DNA from: Amoebidium appalachense
Taxonomy: Eukaryota; Protista; Ichthyosporea
Reading direction: 5' to 3'
Assembly: GCA_963693365.1 (NCBI GenBank)
Contig: CAVNZM010000017.1
Location: 2,099,527 to 2,163,526, forward strand
Length of the DNA: 64,000 bases
Shown here piece after piece: positions 55,397-64,000 of the stretch (position 1 is its first letter; each line of letters opens with the position of its first letter). The notes below the pieces were generated by a model. That model was not told the DNA's origin, did no database searches, and worked only from the letters and a program-made list of their open reading frames with translations. A program made the position numbers and the translations under genes.

Positions 55397-56470
55397 TATG
55401 TGCGTGTGATGTGTGCGCCTCCGTGGGCGGTGTGTGTGTGCATATGTGTGCGATGCGTTTGTGTGTGTATGCATGGGCCCATGTAAGAGTAGAGCAAAGC
55501 GAGGAAAAGCAGAACAATTGCTCGTATGTGGGAGTCCCCTAAGAGCATAACAGCATGCACCCCAACCACCTCGAGAGACAACCTGGTAGGAGACAGCAAG
55601 AACGAAGTAGCGCCGAGAGAGATAAAGCGAGGAGACAGGTCAGCTTGAAAGCACTGGCGGATGTTCGGTTTGAGAATGGCAAAGATGTGCCTGTTAGACT
55701 ACGAAGAGGGAAAAGTTGAAACAAACGAAAAAATAGACACGAGAGGACACGCTCGTGAAAGTTGCTGTTCGCAGTTTTCCTCTGTTTTTTCTCGTTCTAG
55801 CCCTCTCTCTCTCTCCCCCTCTTTTTTTTTTTTTTTTTTTTTTTTTACAGGCGTTGGGACAGCCTAAATTGGCGCCGGCACGCACACCGCATGGGGCCAA
55901 AGATAGCCTAAAGACATAGACATTATTTATGCAGTTACCATTGCTCATGACAGCATGGTGCCAGTAAAATTTGAAATGCCCATTATATTTTATAATGACT
56001 TTAGTGTAGATTTCGGCAGGTATAATTGGTTATTAAAATATTTTTATTTGGCGAATGCCCGGGAAGACCGGAATACGTAACCTCAGTGTAACGGTGCCTA
56101 CATATATAGCTACATGTGTGTGTCACGTGTGTAAGTGTGTGTGTGTGTGTGTGTGTTGGGCGTGCGCGTGCGCGTGTGTGTGTGTGTGACGGTGACGTGT
56201 GTGCGTGTGTATGTGTGTTTGGGGGGGGGGGGGGGGGGGGGGGGGAGGGGGGGAGAAAGGAAGGTTGAAGGAGGGGTGTTTGGCTCTGCGAGAGCTTGCC
56301 AATCGATTGCCCACTTACAACCTATGTATACCTACTCGAGCTAAGGCAGCTAATATTAAAACTGTACAGGTTGATGCAGAATTGTGACCGATTAGCGCTT
56401 ATGGTTCAATCATATGGTACTATGTAGTGCCTGTCGGCCTGTCTGTACGGCCCAGCCGTTAGCATATCGG

Positions 56471-57017
56471 CAGAGTCAACTCAGTGCTCCGAGCAATATT
56501 ACTCTGCAAAAGCGGAAATGTTTTGCAAATTTAAAAAGCAGAACTACTCCGTTAAAAGCAGAATTATTCTGCAAACAACAGAATTATTCTACTAATTATT
56601 CTGCAAACAACTGAATTTTCCTACTAAAAGCAGAATTATTCGCTAAAGCAAGCTTATTCTGCTGCCGTGAGCAGAATAATTCTGCTTTCTGCGGAATAAT
56701 TATGCACAACGCACATGTACGTATACATACAGTATGCACAGAAGTGACGGAGTTGCAACCAGGCGTGCACACGGCGCACAGCTATGTATATTTCCACCAA
56801 GTCTTGCCCAAAAATGTCAACAAACCCGTGTACGTGAGGGCCCAGTCAAATCGGCAGATCTAAACTAAAAAAAGTTCACTTGCAAAAAGCATAATTCGGC
56901 CTGCAAAAAAATTGATTGCAAACAACTGCAAAAAGTAGAAGTATTCTGCAAAAACAGAATATATACTTCAAAAGCAGAATTGTTCTGCTTTGCCGCCTGA
57001 TTTTAGCAGATTTATTC

Positions 57018-57089
<72 letters not shown>

Positions 57090-57213
57090 TGCTTACGACA
57101 GCAGAATAAATTTGCATTAGAGAGAATAATTCTGCTTTTGCAGAATAAAAAGGCTTTCTGCAGACCAATTCTGCTTTTTGCAGAATAATTCTGCTCTGAG
57201 CAAGTTGACTCTG
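56471..57213. mobile_element. MITE-like element with CAGAGTCAACT termini and many subterminal GCAGAATTATTCTGC-type palindromes
   Basis: Left CAGAGTCAACTCAGTGCTCCGAGCA; right TGCTCTGAGCAAGTTGACTCTG. Repeated GCAGAAT(T/A)ATTCT motifs near both ends and an internal (TA)n. No TSD seen. Confidence 0.72.
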
Positions 57214-57398
57214 TTTATGTGGTTGGACACTTTCGTGTAGAGCTTGCGCTCGCACACACATGCAGGCACGTACACACGTGTGTGTGCTTGCAGTCTCACG
57301 CATATATTCACCAATTAACATTACACCGCGCATGCTTATGTCCACAGATACATTGGGAAGTCTTTGAATGCAAAACGGGGTGGAGAAGAGAGAGGGAG

Positions 57399-57434
<36 letters not shown>

Positions 57435-58640
57435 GGTCGAGGGTGAGGAGAGGGAGGACCCACCTGCTCCTGCACACAGGGTGGGTGCCCCCCCCCCCCT
57501 CCCTCCCCACCCTCCCCCCCCCCCCCCCCCCCCCCCCCCCTCTCCTCGAGGTAACCGCAGGGATGTGTGGGTGCCCCTGCTCTGTGGGTGACCCTGCCCC
57601 TCCGGGGAAGAGGTAACCTTCGGGTTGGTGGGGTGGTGGTGCCCCCCTAATCCCCCCCCCCCCCCCTCACCCAACGATGGCAAAACAGCTCTCTCCCCCT
57701 TGACCCCACCCACCAACCTGTTATTCGGTACCTTCACGGTCAACTACTACAAAAATATGGATTATTGGGGGTGTCTTTCGCGTGCTCACCATGGAGTGTT
57801 CATGTGTTCGTCACGTGCGTGTGTGCACGTGTGTGTGCCGGAACCACTAGTAATGTATTTGTGGTGTGGGTAAGCTGTGTATCGCATGATGTCACATGAT
57901 GTGCAGGTGCGCATCGCTGCCGTGTGCACAGTACACCACGTACACATGCATGTGGGGTACATGTGTGCCCAGTTACGTGTGAAATACGTCTGAAAGTCTG
58001 TGAGTGTGTGTGCGTACGCCCTGTGATTAGACTGGAGACGGGCCCGCGGCCTATTACTAGGGTGGCCGTGGGGGGGGAAGGGGGGGGAGGGGGGGGGGGG
58101 GGGGGGGGGGGAGGGGGAGGAGCGGGGAGGGAGGGGGGGGGGGGGAGGGGGACAGGCGGGGCTCGTACATAGTGTGTGGCCTGAGTTTTACGTCATCAAG
58201 AACTACTAAGTTTCCATGATTAGGTTCTGGAAATGTATCGTTTTGAAACCGCTGCCGCCTTAAACAGTAGCATTTTAATTTTCTTGCGGATATCTGATAT
58301 ATGCATATATTCCTGGCAGCCTTTGAGGTGGTTGGCTCCCCCCTCCCCCCTCCCCCCTCCCCCCCAGGAGGGACTTAACCGTTTTTTTTTTGTTTTTTTT
58401 TTGGAAGGAGGGGGGGATGGAGCAGGGGGACCCTCAAAGGTACTCCCCCCCCCCCCCCCCCCCACACACACACACCAAAAAAGTGTTGGTTTCGGATTGT
58501 CTGCAGCAGAAAGCAACAAAAAGTTGGCAAATACAACAGAATCGTGCAAATGAATAAAGTAGAAAATCTGGCATCACCCTTTCATGGCACACTGAGTCTG
58601 TCTGTGTGTGTTGAGCTCACTGCATATGTGTGTGTGTGTA

Positions 58641-58684
<44 letters not shown>

Positions 58685-58692
58685 ACGGTGTG

Positions 58693-58733
<41 letters not shown>

Positions 58734-58832
58734 GTGCGTGTGTGTGCGTGTGTGTGTGCGTGTGTGTGTGTGTGCGCGCGTGTGTGCGCGCGCGTGTGTG
58801 TGTGTGCATGCGTGCGTGCGCACGTGTGTGCG

Positions 58833-58907
<75 letters not shown>

Positions 58908-59498
58908 GTTGTTTGTATGTGCGCGCGCGCCCCGGCGTGTGTGTGTGCGTGCGTGCATATGTGTGTATGTGTGTGTGTGTGTGTTTCTGTGTGTGCGTGT
59001 GAACACATGCAGGTTAATGTGTGTGTGTACAGCCTATGCATGTTCGTGTCTGTGAGTGTGACTTGACTGCCATGATACGTTTAGAAGCAAGAATCAATGC
59101 ACATCAACAGAAAACAGGACACATATAGCAGGTACAACTATCGCGAGAGAGAGATGAGGGAGAAGAGAAGAAGAGAGATTGAGGACTAGGGGAAAAATAA
59201 GGAAAGGGGGTAAATGTGGATGGAAAGGCGGGTGTACAGGGGGGGAGGGGGGGGGAGGGGGGGGCGGGGCGGGGGGGGGGGGGGGGGGGGGGAGGCTGCA
59301 TGGACAAAAACGCAACCCCCTTCGCACACTTTCTCTACCTTGCCTTCGCCCCCCAAAACAAAAATTGATTGAGTCAAATATTGTGAAATAAATTTACACA
59401 CACGCGCGCGCGCACACACACACATACATACACACACACAGCACACATACACACCGTACACACACACGCTGCCAAGCACACATAGTATACACCGTGCG

Positions 59499-59542
<44 letters not shown>

Positions 59543-60413
59543 ACACACACACGACACACACCAACACAGACACACACACACACACGTTGTACAGTAGTGA
59601 CCTTGCCGTTCTGTTTGTGAGATATCATGTATAATACCTTGTTTACGTTTGCGAAATATGGATAGCCAATATGCTAAGAGCAACTCAACCCACCACAGGT
59701 GTTGTTTAAGACGCAAAACACAAAAACACGATGGAAACAAATCAAAAATCCCATTAAAAAGTTCTCAAAGCAGCTGAGCACTGGTTGTTAGAGTTTACAG
59801 AAGGCTTCAATACGATGTAATTCATATCGGGAGCGGGTCATTCCATCAACAATCCGGAAAGCACTAAACGGTGTTTTCATCCCTTGCAAAGTTGGGCAAA
59901 GAACGGTTTTCGAATAAAAGGAAACAAAGCGCAACTGTGTTCCGTGTCCTAACTGTTTTCTGGAGAATCCTAACACCTGCGGCTCGCAAACGACACACTG
60001 AATATCATAATTAGAAACGAATTTATAAACAAACAGGCCCACCCACTCGGCCCAACCCAGATCTGAGGCGTGTCCCACGTGCAGGCACACACACATGTAG
60101 ACGCAGTCGGCACGGCTGCCCATGGCGCATCAGTACCGTAGCCAAGCTATAGACCAGTTCTACCCAACCCCACCTTCTCCGACGCCGGGACACCGTAATA
60201 TAGTATACATGTACGTAGGAATCCAACTAGGAAAAACAAACTTACCGTGCGGCGGTATGCTGTTAAGTTAGAACGATTATTCTGCTGTTTCTGTATCACG
60301 GGCTCACTCCGTATTACGTACGTATAGTAAGAAAATGGAGGTAAAAATTAACATTAAACGGGAGAAATTTTTTTAAAAAAAATGAAAAATCAAAAACCTT
60401 TTTTTTTTTTTTT

Positions 60414-60462
<49 letters not shown>

Positions 60463-61736
60463 AGGGCAACAACAACTTTATTTTCCCGGTATGGTACCCT
60501 TCACTATGTGTTGTTGACTCACGGTGCACTAGTCGGACCCAGGTCACGATAGCTAAAGTCATGATGATCTATCAAGATCTCACTTATTAGTAGTGCCGTG
60601 GACACCTTGCAACTGGGGCTACCCATGCATGTATATGTACGGTCCTTACTAATGAAATGGCTTACAACAAGCCAGTAATGTATCCATAAAAGACCTACTG
60701 CTTAATTAGCCTAGCTAGGTTACATGGAAATAATATTAATTTAGTTACAACTGTACCATACAAATATATAGCTACTATACACACGCCATGTGATCACGTC
60801 GTTCTAAAACCTGAATTCGAATATTCTTGACACCGGTGATTTAGATATCATCTTGTGTCAAACACATGTGTTCCAGCTTCCAGCATGCATGAAACGTGGG
60901 CAACGTTGGTGAGTGCAATAAGGATCAGTTATAATATTGTTATAGTGAACTAACATTCCAAGTCCACAACTGAAAAAACGGTTAACTCGACATTACGCTT
61001 CTGCGCATATGCGTGCATTATTATGTAGCATACAAATTGTATAACAAAAACGTCCAGTCGTTATAGGCTCTCATAAGTAGCCTAATTATAAATAGGCTCA
61101 TGAAGGGTGCCTTTGTGCATGTATTCATATGTAGGTTGCTCGCTTTTTCCAACCCATGCCCAGTGCATTTTGAGCGAACTCCCGGCGGATCTGCCCGGGC
61201 CTAACTGCACTGATTGAAAACACCTGCTAGCACTATCATTAGTACAACGCATATGATTGGCTTGTCAACCGTAGGTGGTCCTGGGTGGTGCTGTATAAAC
61301 CAATGGATTTCATTTCCTTAGCAGTAGTTAGTTTTCCTGGGATATCAGATACGTGATTGGGTTATTTAGTATCGGTCTTCCCTTTGGACTCGGGCATAAC
61401 AGCCTCATGTGAGCTGATCAGGAGCGGTTAGATATATGCTCGTAAACGTTCAAAGTTTTAAAATTACCATATATAGATAAATAATATACGTCATTGGCTA
61501 TATATCATCTTTAGATCTTACTGTCATCAACGGCAACCAATTATTTCTTGACGCCGCATTTACAAAGGGTCGTGTAGAAGAACCACCCACGCTTTCACCT
61601 TCGTTCGGTACACACGTGCACATGTATAAAGCACAAACCAAAAGAGAAAAAACGACCTCGAAACACTTTTTGTGGAACCTCTACTGTTAGGAATAACTAG
61701 CATTTAGATGTGCACAAAAACACACGTGTAGTGAAA

Positions 61737-62804
61737 ATGATGCAACAAGACATTCGCGGTGCCACCCTGGCATCGGGGTACAAGGGGAGCACCGATGGGA
61801 ACATGACCATCAGACAGTTCAACACCTCACAATACGACTTTCCGGGCTCCAAAAGCTCGTGTACAGCAATAGCGTGCATGGCCGCAGTTCGTTTCCTGCA
61901 ACACAAAGGAAAATACCAACAGTGCATATACACCAATGATCACGTCATGGAACTCATTGCACAAGGTGTTGTGTGGCATTCTCTCTGGCTGGCTGCCGGA
62001 GACGGAACCCGCTCGCCTTACTCGCAAGATGAGCTCGAATCCATGAGCAAACTATCCCTCGCTAGCTCACCCTCTTTCGAAGCATCAAACAGTGATACGG
62101 GTCTTCCAAAAACCCCATCCACAGACAGCCTCCTAGGAACAAGCATGGCCACACCGGATGAGGTGTGTGGTTTGGAGGGGATGCCGTTAAAGGCGACACA
62201 CAACTGCTACGCCGGATATCTCACTTCTGGGTGTGCCTTTGGGCACACACTTGAGCAATCGATACGGTTGATCTTTAAAGACGACACGGAAAGCAAGAGT
62301 GGATGGTTTTCCGGGCCGAACGAAACCACACAGGAGCCTCGCAAGACCGTGCAAGCGTTTGTTCTCACAACGAAAGGATACAGTTCTCTCATTGGGCGGA
62401 TGGGGCAAAAAGCGATTGTATTCGACAGCCACAAACGCTCACACACAGACGGTCTCGCCTATGTAAACAAAGGGTTCGGGCAGGCGATATTGGTGATGTG
62501 CAACGACGCAGACACGCTTATCCGATATTTGAAGGCACTATACGCAGTTACAGGTGGTGGTTCCATGTACACATTGCAAGAAGTGGGATTGAAAGACGAG
62601 CAAGTTTGTACCGAACCTACCGAAGGGGAGGTTGAGGTGGGATGGAAATTGGGAAGTGCCGTTTCTGCGAAGATAAAACGCGCCTTCAGCCCGTCGTTGT
62701 GGGCGGCTGCCGTATCGGGGTCAGCATCTTCGGCCACCGGGTTACCTCAGGCTGTGAGCGCTGGCACAGGTTCACAAAGAGGAACACGCGGTGTTTTGGC
62801 TTGA
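61737..62804 (+). CDS. Herpesvirus large-tegument-like cysteine protease / deubiquitinase (VTD, peptidase C76-like), intronless
   Basis: Single ORF of ~355 aa from the first ATG. SQYDFPGSKSSCTAIAC (oxyanion Q and catalytic C), ELIAQGVVWH, AFVLTTKGYSSLI, IVFDSHKRS…GQAILV…LIRYLKALY: the Q…C…FDSH pattern of tegument-type DUBs. Recognised from motifs only. Confidence 0.75.
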   Translation: MMQQDIRGATLASGYKGSTDGNMTIRQFNTSQYDFPGSKSSCTAIACMAAVRFLQHKGKYQQCIYTNDHVMELIAQGVVWHSLWLAAGDGTRSPYSQDELESMSKLSLASSPSFEASNSDTGLPKTPSTDSLLGTSMATPDEVCGLEGMPLKATHNCYAGYLTSGCAFGHTLEQSIRLIFKDDTESKSGWFSGPNETTQEPRKTVQAFVLTTKGYSSLIGRMGQKAIVFDSHKRSHTDGLAYVNKGFGQAILVMCNDADTLIRYLKALYAVTGGGSMYTLQEVGLKDEQVCTEPTEGEVEVGWKLGSAVSAKIKRAFSPSLWAAAVSGSASSATGLPQAVSAGTGSQRGTRGVLA

Positions 62805-63767
62805 AATCTACCGGAATTTCAACGGGGTTATCGATTTGTACGCACACAAATTCTATTAGTGTTTGAAGCCGGGGTGTTAATTTGTATATGGGCCCCTGCC
62901 CGACCGAAAGAAAGAGAGTGTGTGTATGAACGAACTCCAGGTGAGAGTTGGCAGTTGTTCCCGCAAAGAGTATTTAAAATTCGTCGAAGTGTGGTTTCGA
63001 AGAGCATGACGTGCATGCATTGTTGTAAAATGGGAAATACGAACGCTGTTTTGTTGATTCTGGGTGGGTGGGTGTATGAGGGTAATAACGAGATTCGAGT
63101 TACGATTTTCTTGTTCGAAAGAATACGTAGGAATACGCCGCGGTGACTGAATACATAGATAACAATGTAAAATCATGCTGTTTTGCCTGTTTTACCTGTT
63201 TTACCTTTAACAGTTTGAACTGGTTTCCGGAACACGCCTAGCCCTGACCTGGCCACATATATCAGAAAGGAGTTTTAAACAGCACAACAGTTGTTTTTGG
63301 AAACTTAACATTACATTGAATACTTATTCCGTCGTTAAAACATCGTCACCCCAATAATCCCCCTTTCGTATAACTTTGAAGTCAGAAGTTTCGACATGCT
63401 TGTCTCCCTATAATATGCTGGTCTCACTTAGGTTTAGGTGGGGGGGGACTCTGCACGATTTTTCTGGATGTAAGAGAGGGTTTTGGAATGGATGCCATCT
63501 GAAGACGAAATAAAAGAAATAAAGGTGTCGTTGGTTTAGCACGTCGCATCATCCTCTACGGGCCTAGTCTATATTAAATTAGAAAGTCAAAAACCTGCAC
63601 ACACGCACACGACTATAGGCATGCACACACAAATACTGTGTGCACATGTACATGCACTAACATGCCATGCGTATGCTTAACCCCACTAGTGCTACCAGTG
63701 GATACAATCGCGCACCATGACACATGCACACACACACGCACACGCACAAGCACACGCACGCACGCAT

Positions 63768-63821
<54 letters not shown>

Positions 63822-64000
63822 GCACACACGCAGACACACGTGTATGCATGCACACGCTAGCACACACGCGCCCAAATGCAGACACACAAAGGTACTCGTG
63901 GACCACTGCTTCCATTCCGGCATGCACTACAGTGAGACGATGAAAAGCCTTGGCCATGCAAACCACAGGTGCATGCACCCATAGTGTGCCTAACACCTTT

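Noticed and set aside
59788-60123. 111-aa minus-strand ORF in non-repetitive sequence
   Set aside because: No recognisable motif or supporting exon chain.

Overview
Eukaryotic, intron-rich genomic DNA, packed with poly(C)/poly(G) runs and (CA)n, (GA)n and (GT)n microsatellites. Most of the supplied ORF track is low-complexity noise. A unicellular holozoan source is a guess from gene content only. Reconstructed content: (1) a spliced DDE transposase-like gene (minus, ~11567-19487) with a WRN-type 3'-5' exonuclease inserted in its catalytic region, preceded by a 6.3-kb partial duplicate whose last ~620 nt is a T-less copy, probably a sequencing artefact; (2) a 16-exon Eps15-like gene (plus, 23040-36681; two EH domains plus DPF repeats); (3) a convergent 12-exon PTB/PTBP gene (minus, 39987-54213; four RRMs); (4) an intronless herpes-tegument-like (VTD/C76-like) deubiquitinase ORF (61737-62804); (5) three TIR-bounded MITE-like elements. 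The most unusual signal is a family of non-coding structured elements: 11 clear insertion sites plus degenerate relics. All lie in introns at poly(C) runs and all are sense to the host gene. They share a fixed 3' end (…CGCATTCAAA-polyC), have variable 5' truncation, form head-to-tail ~452-bp arrays and carry a covarying ~155-nt core. A second candidate is a pair of homologous hairpins in a PTB intron, each overlapping a putative stop-containing cassette exon.
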